Positions 29,296 through 39,072 of a DNA stretch of 53,655 bases are shown in pieces. Below the pieces are notes generated by a model. The model was not told the DNA's origin. It was given only the letters and a program-made list of their open reading frames with translations, and made no database searches. How positions within the stretch are numbered: the stretch's first letter is position 1; each line of letters opens with the position of its first letter. This stretch comes from Polyangiales bacterium (GTDB taxonomy: Bacteria; Myxococcota_A; Polyangia; Polyangiales; Houyiibacteriaceae), in assembly GCA_045106895.1 (NCBI GenBank), contig JBGCFM010000014.1, positions 1 to 53,655 of the forward strand, given 5' to 3'. The position numbers were made by a program, and so were the translations under genes.

Positions 29296-30588
29296 TTACC
29301 ACTCGAGGACGACTTCACCGTTCGGCCGTTGGCCAAGAGTCGACTCCTCGCGCGTGAGGACAATCGCCGTCACAGTGCCCGCCACAACCACCACACCCAC
29401 TGCGGTCCAGAACCACCACTTCGTATAGAAGGGCGAGCCCTGCTCCACGACTTCAGGCTCGTCGTTGAGGGAGAAGCCTGTACCGATGATGTTCTCGTCG
29501 TCTTCACCGACGACGCGCGGTCGAATGGATGTCTCAACCGCGGCACGAACGCTTCGCTGAACGACAGGCTCAAGGGCGCCTAGCGAACGTGGCGATTCGA
29601 CTTCACCTCGAAGAACGCGACGACCCGAAGAAACATCGAAGATGACAAGCTCCAAGTTGACCGAGTCTTCGGAGTCTCCGTAGGACACACGGATCACGCC
29701 GATCTTGTCGAGGTCCAGGCGCTGTGCGAGCTCGGCTACGGCTCCGTCGCCGACCTCGAGCTCATGCCCCGTGATGTTCTGAACGACGTCCGCAAGCCCT
29801 TCATTGCCGTCTGCATCGGCGAGGAACGCCGCCACCTCCGACAGACCTCGGCCGACGTCCACCTGCTCCACATAAGGAGTGGCACCAGGACGCGTCAGGC
29901 GGACCGTGTGCTCACCAGGCGCGAGACCTTCCGCCGTCAAGCCAGTCAGCCCGCGCGGAACGAAGTCCACGTAAGCGATGGCTCCGCTCGGGTCGGACTC
30001 GACGTGAATCGAGCCGTTCGCGCGTCGAGGGGCGACGCTCTCATAACGGTTGATGACCGCCGGAGGAAACTCGCCCGGATCAGGAACGATGTGGGGCATC
30101 TGCCGATGAAGCCGCGCGAAAGTTCGACGCGCGGGACGTGTTTGGCCGTCGAACTCTTGCGAAGCTCCAAGGTATAGAAGCGCCTGGCCGAGGTCTGACT
30201 CATCCTCAAGGGCAGCCTGTGCCTCATCAAAGAGCTCAACAGCGGCCGCGAGCTTCTCGATGGCGGTCCCGAGCTCGAGCTCCAGGTACGCCGAACGCCC
30301 TTCCTCGAGAAGCGTTCGTGCACGTGCCAGAGACACGATCAGACCCGGCTCGTAGCCGAGGTAACGCTGGTCTGCGTCCTGCCAGGCGACACCGTCCACC
30401 TGCCGAAGGGCCGCACGCGCAGCGCTACCGACACGAGCGGCCACCGCCTCAAGCTCAGGTTCCAGCGCCGTCGAAACGATGTACACACGTTGAGCTGCAA
30501 CGATGCCATCTTGGGCGTGGACGGGCGCAGACACGATGAGTGTCTGAAGCACCAAGAAGGACGTGAGGGTCGTTAGTCGTTTGATCAA
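29296..30588 (-). CDS. PEGA domain membrane-anchored protein
   Basis: Signal peptide, VESDPSGAIAYVD..LAPGEHTVRLTRPG PEGA motif, PFYTKWWFWTAVG C-terminal anchor. Confidence 0.88.
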   Translation of the reverse strand: MIKRLTTLTSFLVLQTLIVSAPVHAQDGIVAAQRVYIVSTALEPELEAVAARVGSAARAALRQVDGVAWQDADQRYLGYEPGLIVSLARARTLLEEGRSAYLELELGTAIEKLAAAVELFDEAQAALEDESDLGQALLYLGASQEFDGQTRPARRTFARLHRQMPHIVPDPGEFPPAVINRYESVAPRRANGSIHVESDPSGAIAYVDFVPRGLTGLTAEGLAPGEHTVRLTRPGATPYVEQVDVGRGLSEVAAFLADADGNEGLADVVQNITGHELEVGDGAVAELAQRLDLDKIGVIRVSYGDSEDSVNLELVIFDVSSGRRVLRGEVESPRSLGALEPVVQRSVRAAVETSIRPRVVGEDDENIIGTGFSLNDEPEVVEQGSPFYTKWWFWTAVGVVVVAGTVTAIVLTREESTLGQRPNGEVVLEW

Positions 30589-30614
30589 GGCTGCTCGCGT
30601 GGCTTGGTGATGGT

Positions 30615-30995
30615 CTACTGACCGCGGTCCAGGTCCGACACAAGACCTGCGAGGCTTGGGTCGTCCGCAAGGGACTCTCGTAAATGGACCTCAAGCGCTT
30701 GTCGACCCGCGTCGTTCAGCGAAGAGGCCATCGGACTCTGAAGCGCTTCGGCCACCAAGCGATCCACCGCCTGAGATGCATCGATGCTTCCGCTGCGAAG
30801 ATCGGCTGCGACGGAGGCTGCGACCCCTGAAGCGCTCGAAGTGGGTGTCGCTGTCTGAGCGGCATCCGTAGCCAACGTTTCTTGAAACGCGCCTGGCGCG
30901 CCCTTGCCAACCTGACCGGCGGTGCCGACTTCAGCCGCCGCCGGCGTAGGAATCGAAGCGCCTGGTGCGCCTGGTGGTTTGATTGGACCTGTCAT
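30615..30995 (-). CDS. hypothetical protein
   Basis: ATG 30995 preceded by GGAG; Ala/Pro-rich N-terminus, helical C-terminus LRESLADDPSL. Confidence 0.65.
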   Translation of the reverse strand: MTGPIKPPGAPGASIPTPAAAEVGTAGQVGKGAPGAFQETLATDAAQTATPTSSASGVAASVAADLRSGSIDASQAVDRLVAEALQSPMASSLNDAGRQALEVHLRESLADDPSLAGLVSDLDRGQ

Positions 30996-31085
30996 CGGGT
31001 ACTCCGGGAGGATAACGAATAGGAGGAGAAAACCGCAAGCGACGAGGCGTCCCTCCTTGTGGGAGCCTCGCACCCGGAAAAACCT

Positions 31086-31511
31086 CTATCGAACGTTCTG
31101 AATCACCGCTTTGGCCGTGTCGTGCCGAGCTTTCATGACGTTGGATACGGTCTGGAACTGTCGCTGCTCCATGCTGATCTGCTGCTGCATCTCTAGGAGG
31201 TCCATCGCCTGCGCTTGAGAGCCTGCCAAGACGTCCTCCGGCCCCGAAGTCGACGAAGAACCACCTCCACCGCTGATACTCGCGTTCCCTCCGGCCCCTT
31301 GGGAGCGCTGTCCCGCCCGAATCGCCGCAGCGACAGCCCCGCCGCCAGGAACCAGGCCCGCGGCCTGTTCGACGCCGTCAAGAACCCCCATCGCCCCTTC
31401 ACCCAACGCATCGCGGAATCGCTGCCCTGTGGAAGGCGGTGTTACTCGTGGCGCGGTGGTGACGAGGTTGATATCTGGACGAAAAGACGCAGGAATAAGG
31501 GGATTCGACAT
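31086..31511 (-). CDS. hypothetical protein with a T3SS needle/inner-rod-like C-terminal helix
   Basis: C-terminus MDLLEMQQQISMEQRQFQTVSNVMKARHDTAKAVIQNVR resembles SctF-type ends. Confidence 0.6.
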   Translation of the reverse strand: MSNPLIPASFRPDINLVTTAPRVTPPSTGQRFRDALGEGAMGVLDGVEQAAGLVPGGGAVAAAIRAGQRSQGAGGNASISGGGGSSSTSGPEDVLAGSQAQAMDLLEMQQQISMEQRQFQTVSNVMKARHDTAKAVIQNVR

Positions 31512-31618
31512 GGGTAGTCCTTGGTTGGGAGCCTTCGCTCGGGTGGAAACAAATGGCCATCGACCCGAATTCCTGTTGGTTGCGTCTTTATTGAGCGGCA
31601 AACAGACTCTAAGTCCCC

Positions 31619-32275
31619 GTGATGAGCGACCCAGCCCCCACCTTTGCGACAGGCGAGCTTGCCAGGCTCCCTTTCTTTCCCCTGCCGCGGGTGGTGTTCT
31701 TCCCAGGAGCTTTCCTCCCGCTGCACATCTTCGAGCAGCGCTACCGGGACATGGTCAAAGTTTGCGTCGAAGGAAACGGCGCCATGGCCATCGCTCGTTT
31801 GAAACCGGGCTACGAAGAGAACTACGAAGGCTCCCCAGACGTCTACACCGTGGCCGGCGCTGGCCGCATCGTCGACCACCATGAGAACCCGGACGGAACA
31901 CACGCCGTGGTCCTCCAAGGCATCGCCCGAGTGTCCTTGGCTGAGCAAGAGAGCGACACGCTCTTTCGAGTCGCCCGCGCTCAGCTTCTTCCCGATGAAG
32001 GGGCCGTCAACGTCGGCAATATGCAGACGCTCATCGCATGCGCCACGCAGGTTGCCTCCGTGGTTCGCGAGCGACACCCGGAGTTCGAGCTTGGCATTCG
32101 GCCGGATGACGAGGCCTCCACCATCATCGATACACTGGCCGACCGTTTCGTTGCCGACAGCGACGAACGCCAGTCGATCCTGGAAGCGTGTGAACTGACG
32201 AAGCGCTGCGACCAAACGCTCAGCGCCATCGCCGGTCTCCTCGCCACCCTCGCCGAGCGAAAGATGCCGTCCTAA
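31619..32275 (+). CDS. LON peptidase substrate-binding domain protein
   Basis: LPFFPLPRVVFFPGAFLPLHIFEQRYRDMV; no AAA+ or protease domain. Confidence 0.9.
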   Translation: MMSDPAPTFATGELARLPFFPLPRVVFFPGAFLPLHIFEQRYRDMVKVCVEGNGAMAIARLKPGYEENYEGSPDVYTVAGAGRIVDHHENPDGTHAVVLQGIARVSLAEQESDTLFRVARAQLLPDEGAVNVGNMQTLIACATQVASVVRERHPEFELGIRPDDEASTIIDTLADRFVADSDERQSILEACELTKRCDQTLSAIAGLLATLAERKMPS

Positions 32276-32287
32276 TCCTAGTGAGGA

Positions 32288-32893
32288 CTAGTCGAAACTA
32301 ATAAGGTGCTTCATCCGAGCCCGCTTTGTCTCGAGGTACCCGCGGTTGTCGGCATGCGCTTTCACCATGTGAGCTACTCGGCGCACGTTTACGCCGAGGC
32401 CCTCGAGGGCTTCGACTTTTGCTGGGTTGTTCGTCATGAGCGCCACGGACTCAATACCCAGGTCCTTGAGGATCGCGGGGACCATCGTGTAGCGGCGTGG
32501 ATCCGCCTCGAACCCAAGCATCTCATTCGCGTCGACGGTGTCGTGTCCAAGCGCCTGCTGCTCGTACACGCGCAACTTGTTCCCTAGGCCAATGCCCCGG
32601 CCTTCTTGGCGAAGGTAAATCACCACACCATCTTCGGCGGCCACACGTTTGAGCGCCAACTCCAGCTGCTCCCTGCAGTCACACTTGAGTGAGTGAAGAA
32701 CCTCGCCCGTCAGACACTCGGAGTGTACCCGCGTCAACACCTCGCCGGAGAGCTCCCCATGACAAATCGCAAGGTGCTCGAGTCCACCGTCCCGGTACGC
32801 CACGACCTCGAATTCGCCGAACTCCGTAGGAAGAGTGCAGCGAGAGTATCGCTCCACCTCCGTGGTCGCGTCCGCTGGGTTCTGCTTGCTCAT
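32288..32893 (-). CDS. ribA: GTP cyclohydrolase II
   Basis: RVHSECLTGE, CDCREQL, YLRQEGRGIGL, TNNPAK, YLETKR. Confidence 0.95.
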   Translation of the reverse strand: MSKQNPADATTEVERYSRCTLPTEFGEFEVVAYRDGGLEHLAICHGELSGEVLTRVHSECLTGEVLHSLKCDCREQLELALKRVAAEDGVVIYLRQEGRGIGLGNKLRVYEQQALGHDTVDANEMLGFEADPRRYTMVPAILKDLGIESVALMTNNPAKVEALEGLGVNVRRVAHMVKAHADNRGYLETKRARMKHLISFD

Positions 32894-32944
32894 GCGCATC
32901 AAGGCCTTGGATCTGGCTCGAAACTCTGGCTCGTCAAGTGCAGC

Positions 32945-34018
32945 TCAAGGCTGCTCCTGCTGGAGCGCCAAAAGATTAGCCTGATGATGAGCACGAAGAG
33001 CATCCATCAGCTCTCCAACCTCGCCCTCCACGACCTTGTCTAGGTTGTGGAGCGTGAGCTGAATCCGGTGATCCGTCACTCGGCTCTGGGGATAGTTGTA
33101 GGTCCGGATCTTCTCGGAGCGGTCTCCTGTTCCCACCATATTTCGCCGCTCAGCGCTGATAGCGTCGGCCTGTTCGCGCTCCGCCATCTCCTGAAGCTTG
33201 GCCCGGAGAATCTGCATCGCGCGCGCCAGGTTCTGATGCTGTGAACGCTGCTCCTCCGAGCGCACCATGATGCCCGTTGGGAGATGAATGAGATTGATGG
33301 CACTCATGGTCGTGTTAACGCCCTGTCCGCCGGGACCTCCCGCCGCGGTCTTCGTGACCTTGATGTCTTTCTCGTCGATGTCGACGTCCACATCGTCCAC
33401 CTCGGGCATGACCGCCACCGTCGCCGTTGACGTATGGATGCGCCCTTGAGACTCCGTCGCCGGGACTCGCTGCACGCGGTGAACGCCGCCTTCGAAGCGA
33501 AGACGTGAATAGACTTGGTCCCCAGTCACCATCGCGATGACCTCTTTGATGCCACCAGCGCTGGCTTCGCTCATGGAGGTGATCTCCATCTTCCAGCCCT
33601 GCTTCTCGGCATAGCGGCGATACATGCGCAGAAGGACCCCCGCAAAGAGCGCTGCCTCTTCGCCGCCGGCGCCACTTCGGATCTCGAGGAACGTATTGCG
33701 CTCGTCGTTGGGATCTTTGGGCAAAAGCGCGAGCTGGAGCTTTTTTGTGAGCTCTTCGAGCTCTGTCTCCAGGTCAGGAATCTCCGCCTCGGCCAACTCA
33801 CGTAACTCCGGATCCTTGAGCACCTCGCGATGCTCCTCAAGCTCCGTGGTGACCGCTGCGAAACGAGCATAAAGCTCGACGACCTCGTGAAGGCCCGCCC
33901 GCTCTCGTGTCAGTTCGAGGAGCCGCTTAGTGTCGCCCACGATATTGGGCTGACAGAGCATCTCCTCGATCTCTTTGTAACGTGCGACAAGAGAATCAAG
34001 CTTATGAACCGGTAACAT
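32945..34018 (-). CDS. prfA: peptide chain release factor 1
   Basis: GGQ motif, RVPATE (PxT RF1 specificity), IRTYNYPQSRVTDHRI. Confidence 0.96.
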   Translation of the reverse strand: MLPVHKLDSLVARYKEIEEMLCQPNIVGDTKRLLELTRERAGLHEVVELYARFAAVTTELEEHREVLKDPELRELAEAEIPDLETELEELTKKLQLALLPKDPNDERNTFLEIRSGAGGEEAALFAGVLLRMYRRYAEKQGWKMEITSMSEASAGGIKEVIAMVTGDQVYSRLRFEGGVHRVQRVPATESQGRIHTSTATVAVMPEVDDVDVDIDEKDIKVTKTAAGGPGGQGVNTTMSAINLIHLPTGIMVRSEEQRSQHQNLARAMQILRAKLQEMAEREQADAISAERRNMVGTGDRSEKIRTYNYPQSRVTDHRIQLTLHNLDKVVEGEVGELMDALRAHHQANLLALQQEQP

Positions 34019-35088
34019 CAGGCAACGCTTTCAGATCGTAGGGCCGGTAGAGCCGCGACAAATCCGTCGAAGGAAGGATAGACAAGAGGAGCATCACCAG
34101 CGGGAACGTGAGCACCCACTCTCTCACGCCAAGCCGCAGCTTCCATGGCGGTGATGGCCACTTCGAGCTGGTCGTCGGTGGGCTCACGCGTCGTGATCTT
34201 CTGAAACAAAAAACCAGGCCACAAGAGAAACTGAAGTGGCCCTGTTGTGCAGTAACGCGCTGTAAAGCGCTGGAACTCGAAGCTCACGGCGGCGATGAGG
34301 GGAAGCAACGCGATGCGAAGAGCGAGGAGCAGTACCTGCCCCAAAAATCCGTCCACATCGGGGAGCAGGAGCGGCGCAAAGAGAGCGCCGGCCAGAATCG
34401 AAACGAACACGACGACGATCAAGAAGGTCGTGCCACAACGTGGATGCAGAGTTGTCTGAGCGCGCACGTTCTCAACGGTGAGCTCGAGCTCCTTTTCATA
34501 CGCGTGAATCGTTTTGTGTTCCGCGCCATGAAACTGAAACGTGCGCCGGACATCTTTCAACATGGAGATTGAAACGAGGTAGGTGAAGACGACGAGAAGT
34601 TTAAATCCGCCGATCACGAAATGGTAGTTCGCGTCATCGAGGCCAAACTCGTGTCCGAAGAGCTTGCCGCTCCCTGCCGCGAGAAGCTGCGGGAGGGCGA
34701 CAAAGAGCCCTAGCGCGAAGACCGTCGCGGCGATCATCGCCATCTTGGAGCCTTCGCCTTCCTTCGCCTTCTCCTCATCCGTCATCTGCTGCTCAGCGCT
34801 GAAGTTCAGCGCTCGAAAGCCGATGGAGAGCGATTCCACCAATGTAGCGACGCCACGGAACCCCATCATTTTCCAGATCTTGCTTTTAAAGCGGGGCTTG
34901 TAGGGCTCCTCGTGGACGGCGAGCGATCCGTCCGGCCGCCGAACAGCCACCGAAAGGCCATTGGGTGAGCGCATCATCACCCCTTCGATGACCGCTTGCC
35001 CGCCGATATAAGGCTTGTCCTTGGTTCCAAGGGTGCGGGCGGACGGGATGTCCGAAGCCGGGGACTCCATATTTGTGCTGTCGCTCAT
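34018..35088 (-). CDS. DUF1385 domain membrane protein
   Basis: [35 protein letters not shown]; usual prfA neighbour. Confidence 0.92.
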   Translation of the reverse strand: MSDSTNMESPASDIPSARTLGTKDKPYIGGQAVIEGVMMRSPNGLSVAVRRPDGSLAVHEEPYKPRFKSKIWKMMGFRGVATLVESLSIGFRALNFSAEQQMTDEEKAKEGEGSKMAMIAATVFALGLFVALPQLLAAGSGKLFGHEFGLDDANYHFVIGGFKLLVVFTYLVSISMLKDVRRTFQFHGAEHKTIHAYEKELELTVENVRAQTTLHPRCGTTFLIVVVFVSILAGALFAPLLLPDVDGFLGQVLLLALRIALLPLIAAVSFEFQRFTARYCTTGPLQFLLWPGFLFQKITTREPTDDQLEVAITAMEAAAWRERVGAHVPAGDAPLVYPSFDGFVAALPALRSESVA

Positions 35089-35210
35089 CGGGCGGCAGTG
35101 TAACCATCGATGGTGCAGTGAGCACCCCGAGAGTCTGCAGATCAGGCCGGGAGCTTTTCCGCACTAAATTTGCACTATTGGCCTGCCTTTTGGCAGAAGC
35201 GAGGTGTCCG

Positions 35211-35492
35211 ATGGGACAAAAACGAATTCAACTGATCGTACGCGGTCGGGTCCAAGGGGTCTTCTACCGGGCGACGGCCCAGCGAGAAGCACGTCAAAAC
35301 GGCCTGACCGGGTGGGCAAAAAATCGCAATGACGGAACCGTCGAAATTGTGGCCGAGGGCGAAGAAGACTCCGTAAAGGACTTTCTGAGTTGGGCACAGA
35401 CGGGACCCGCCACGGCGAGGGTGGATAAGGTCGATACCAAATGGCGGAGTTACACAGGCGAGTTCTCCGATTTCCGGGTGGCAAAGGGCTAG
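35211..35492 (+). CDS. acyP: acylphosphatase
   Basis: VRGRVQGVFYR, GWAKNRNDGTVE, GPATARV. Confidence 0.93.
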   Translation: MGQKRIQLIVRGRVQGVFYRATAQREARQNGLTGWAKNRNDGTVEIVAEGEEDSVKDFLSWAQTGPATARVDKVDTKWRSYTGEFSDFRVAKG

Positions 35493-37393
35493 GGATTCTC
35501 AAAGCGCTGATCTGTGTCTTGCTGGTCAGCGTTTCCCTAGCTTTTGCGGCGTCCGCCTCCGCGGACGCGCCCACCGTCGCAGATATCGAGAGATGGGCCG
35601 GCGATCTTCGCAGCGGAGATGACTCCCTCATCGCGGAAGCCGTCGAAAACCTCGGCCAACTCAACGCAGACGCCCTCCCAGCCATTGAAGCCCGCCTCCA
35701 GCGAACTTCTCGGCAGATCGTACCGGAAGAAGACGGCGCAGACGCGCTCCGATACTTCCGGCACGCCGTGGGGTCACGCCGCGCGGACGACACCATGGAT
35801 ATCGCCCCGGGCATTCCGCAGGTCGTCAAGGAACGCCCCTCCCCGGACGTGGGCCGTTCCGCGGAGCGTTTACTCCTGCTTCGTTCGCTCGAGCGAATCG
35901 GCAGCGTCCCAGCGCAACGCCTGATGGGCGATGTGTTCGCGCTGACGCCGTCGATGTGGCGGCGCGAGCGACGGCTCCTCCTGGAGCGAATGAGCGCCCG
36001 TCTCTTGCCCGGACTCCTCTGGATGCGAGCCCACGACGAGCCAGATGTGCGTCGATGGGCACGAGCAGCCATTTCTCGACTCGGGCTCAACGACCCCGGC
36101 CGTGCAGTTCAGGAAGAAGACCCCGAACGACTCGCCGGCATCCTTGAGGCCTATGGAGCCACGCGAGAGATGAACGCCATGACGGTGATCATTTCCTTCG
36201 TTGGACATAGTGATGAGCGCGTTCGCCAAGCCGCGCGTGATGCAATGAACCTCTTCGGGCGCAACGGCATCTGGCAGTTGCGGGAAGGAATGCGCAATCA
36301 ACTTGGCCAAGAGGCAGACCATGAGTGGGGTTGGCAGCGTACCTCTAGCCTCCTCTACGAAGGACTCGACGCACAACGCCTCGGCCCGGTCACAGAACGA
36401 CTTGAGCGAGGTATTCAGCACATGGAGGCCGGCGAACTGGCGGAGGCGCGCGAGCTCTTCGACGCTGCGCTCATTCGTGAGCCCATGCACCCGAGACGAA
36501 GTGAACTCGCTGAGCACTACGCCCGCTTCGCCGAGAATGCGTCAGGACCCGAAAGGGAATCTCTGCTTCAGCGCGCGCTCTGGCTGCAGCCCGACTCGCC
36601 TCAAGCGGATTCCTGGCAGCGAGCTTTGCTCGCTGTTGAGGTCGAGCGAAACGTCGCCGCCGGATTCGAAGACGTCCGCGCCGATGACGTGACGCAGAGC
36701 GAAGATGCGATCGCATCCAACGGGGAAGCCACGACTTCTGAGGCCACCGAGAGCGCAAGCAACGGCTACAGCTCCACAGCATTTGGACTTCTCGTGGGGC
36801 TACTGCTCCTTGGTGGACTCGTTTGGAAACGAGGCTGGTTCGCGGCGAAGCTCAAGTCGCTATTGCCCCACATGGCCAAGCCAAAAGCCAAAGCCAAAGC
36901 ATCCTCGAGGAGCGCCAGAAAAGCCCAGACCCGTGAGCTCTTGCTTCGATGGAAGACGCGACTTGGTCCCTTCGCCTCCAAGGCGCTATCGATGGCATGG
37001 ACAGGCAGCCGTCGGGTCGCCCGTGAACTCTTGAGCCTCTCCCGCACACTCATGCGAGTCGTGAGTCCTGGCAGCGTAAAGAAGAATCCTCCGCGCCCCA
37101 CAGCGAAGAAGAAGCCCGTAGCAAAGCTGTCTTCGAAGAAGGTCCGCCCTACAAAGAGCTCTGGTTCGACACAGTCCTTCGAACAGCCCGTGACGAGGCC
37201 CCAAGAAGCGATCCCGTTGGCGGGCTTGCTCTTTGGCGCCATCGAGGCATCCGAAGATGAGTTCGCCAGCGGCGACGAAGAGGGCCCAGATACCGTAGAT
37301 ACCGCCTTCGAGGAGATGCCGGCGGAGCTGCCAGGGTTCTTTTCGGACACCAGCCCTGGGACGATCGAAGCCCCGGATACGCTGCCCGGCTGA
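35441..37393 (+). CDS. secreted/membrane HEAT- and TPR-like repeat protein
   Basis: Signal-like hydrophobic segment, HEAT/TPR-like helices, TM helix, basic then acidic tail; start uncertain (~35490-35520). Confidence 0.7.
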   Translation: MAELHRRVLRFPGGKGLGILKALICVLLVSVSLAFAASASADAPTVADIERWAGDLRSGDDSLIAEAVENLGQLNADALPAIEARLQRTSRQIVPEEDGADALRYFRHAVGSRRADDTMDIAPGIPQVVKERPSPDVGRSAERLLLLRSLERIGSVPAQRLMGDVFALTPSMWRRERRLLLERMSARLLPGLLWMRAHDEPDVRRWARAAISRLGLNDPGRAVQEEDPERLAGILEAYGATREMNAMTVIISFVGHSDERVRQAARDAMNLFGRNGIWQLREGMRNQLGQEADHEWGWQRTSSLLYEGLDAQRLGPVTERLERGIQHMEAGELAEARELFDAALIREPMHPRRSELAEHYARFAENASGPERESLLQRALWLQPDSPQADSWQRALLAVEVERNVAAGFEDVRADDVTQSEDAIASNGEATTSEATESASNGYSSTAFGLLVGLLLLGGLVWKRGWFAAKLKSLLPHMAKPKAKAKASSRSARKAQTRELLLRWKTRLGPFASKALSMAWTGSRRVARELLSLSRTLMRVVSPGSVKKNPPRPTAKKKPVAKLSSKKVRPTKSSGSTQSFEQPVTRPQEAIPLAGLLFGAIEASEDEFASGDEEGPDTVDTAFEEMPAELPGFFSDTSPGTIEAPDTLPG

Positions 37394-37405
37394 CTTGGCC
37401 CTCCA

Positions 37406-37431
37406 AGCGGCGTAACGTTTCGCCGTCTTTT
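37406..37431 (+). terminator. probable intrinsic terminator
   Basis: cggcg-taacgttt-cgccg followed by tctttt just after the stop at 37393. Confidence 0.45.
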
Positions 37432-37450
37432 GCTTGGCGATGAAGCTGTC

Positions 37451-37490
37451 GGAGCGAGCTCCCGCCTGCGGGAGCGAGCTCCCGCAGGCG
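37451..37490. repeat. nested direct and inverted repeat (REP-like)
   Basis: ggagcgagctcccgc twice (37451, 37471); perfect 13-bp IR cgcctgcgggagc/gctcccgcaggcg. Confidence 0.75.
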
Positions 37491-37586
37491 CCAGGTTGCC
37501 CATCAGATTGGCAAACTGGCCCTTCCTAGGTTCTATCCATCAGGCACGCTTGAGCTTGGCGCGGCCCCCGACATATGCTCCGGGAC

Positions 37587-39002
37587 ATGCCTCTTTCCGA
37601 CCTATCCAATCCCGATGTCTTGCTCCGTGAAAACTGGGAAGCGCAACGCCGTTACGGAGCCGATGGGACTCCGCTTCTGCCGCCATCGTTTGTCGCCGAA
37701 GCAGGTCCCCGAGTGTGGATCGTGGACGTACGCACGGATAGCGATCAGGTGGGTCCCCTCGGGCACATCCCTGGCTGCTGGCGTGTCCCCTTTGGACAAG
37801 TGGGCGACGTCGCGGCGCTGTTAAACGCATACACGCCCGTAGTCTTGGTGTGCAGCGATGGTTCACAATCGAGTACCGGGGTTCGCTACCTCACCGGCCT
37901 GGGAATGACGACGGTGGCAGCCCTCGACGGCGGCATGGAGCAATGGCGGGCTCGCGGCTACGGTGTCTCGCGCGACGCGAGCGTGACAGAACGGACTCTC
38001 GAAACCCCCGCGCCTGGGCACGGGTCAGACGGCCGCCTGCTTTCAGGAAAGTCCAAAGGCAAGCACCTCAGCCTCGAGGAAATCGAAAATCACCTTGGCG
38101 AATCGGCGAAAGTCCGGCGCGTCAAACTCGCTGCTTTCCTCCTGGCGACACAAACCTCGTGCGTGGATGGTCGAGAAGACCGAGCCATTATTGGCACCCC
38201 TGGCGGCGATGCTGGAGAGCTGCTCCTGGGCCTTGCCGCCGTCGAGGCGGTTACGGGACAACAGGTTCCGCTGAACGAAGTGCCCGAGTTGGTCCGTGCG
38301 TTCGCCGACACGTTCGGCGGCATCTATCTCCACACCGATAACCACGCCCTCAACCATCTCGCGCGCTCACTTCGTTCTGACGATCGACTTCGAGACGCCG
38401 TGTCTTCTCTGCGAACGATCGATGATTGGGAAGTGTTTCTTCGCGGTCCACGGCAAGAGCTTCGAGCTCCTCTTCTCGAGCACCTGCTGCAGCCCGACCA
38501 TGTGGGCTGTGGTCACCTCAAGCTCGCATTGCTCAATCCCTCACAGTACCGCGTTCGCTCGGCGCTCATTTCGCGCTTCTTTGAAGCCTTCTACACCGGC
38601 CTATGGGACGGTGCCCCGGATCTTACGTGGGTTGTTCTTGGTGGCGAACACGCCGAAGGGGCGGTGGTCCAAGTCACCCTCGAGGAGGAGCTTCATCCGT
38701 TCACGGAGATCCCGATGATCGCACCTTCCATCGGTGGCGTTCAGATGTTCGTGAATCATCCGCAGGTCGTAAGCTACCTACGCCAACAGACCGCACACTT
38801 CCTTGCCAACCGCGTGGCGAGCCTTCTCGGCCTCAGCGCTGATGCAGAGTCCGAGTTGCTGAAGAAGATTCCCGAGATTGGCGCCGTTCAAGCACAAGCC
38901 ACGCTGGTCGCCCTTGCCGCCGGCCTGCCAGTTTTCACGGCGCACTTTGAACGAGATGGCCGAGTACAGGTGAGCGCTTCAGGGCACATTCCAGAGTCCT
39001 AG
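37587..39002 (+). CDS. rhodanese domain fused to a zeta(CDCA)/beta carbonic-anhydrase-like domain
   Basis: Rhodanese: VDVR, GHIPG, VCSDG, LDGGMEQW; C-terminal domain: SCVDGR..PGG..HTD..HVGCGHLKL. Confidence 0.75.
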   Translation: MPLSDLSNPDVLLRENWEAQRRYGADGTPLLPPSFVAEAGPRVWIVDVRTDSDQVGPLGHIPGCWRVPFGQVGDVAALLNAYTPVVLVCSDGSQSSTGVRYLTGLGMTTVAALDGGMEQWRARGYGVSRDASVTERTLETPAPGHGSDGRLLSGKSKGKHLSLEEIENHLGESAKVRRVKLAAFLLATQTSCVDGREDRAIIGTPGGDAGELLLGLAAVEAVTGQQVPLNEVPELVRAFADTFGGIYLHTDNHALNHLARSLRSDDRLRDAVSSLRTIDDWEVFLRGPRQELRAPLLEHLLQPDHVGCGHLKLALLNPSQYRVRSALISRFFEAFYTGLWDGAPDLTWVVLGGEHAEGAVVQVTLEEELHPFTEIPMIAPSIGGVQMFVNHPQVVSYLRQQTAHFLANRVASLLGLSADAESELLKKIPEIGAVQAQATLVALAAGLPVFTAHFERDGRVQVSASGHIPES

Positions 39003-39072
39003 CCGCAGCGTTTTGCGAGAGGTCGAACGCGAACGGAATCCAGAAACGTCAAGGCGCCGGCTTGCTGAGCAT

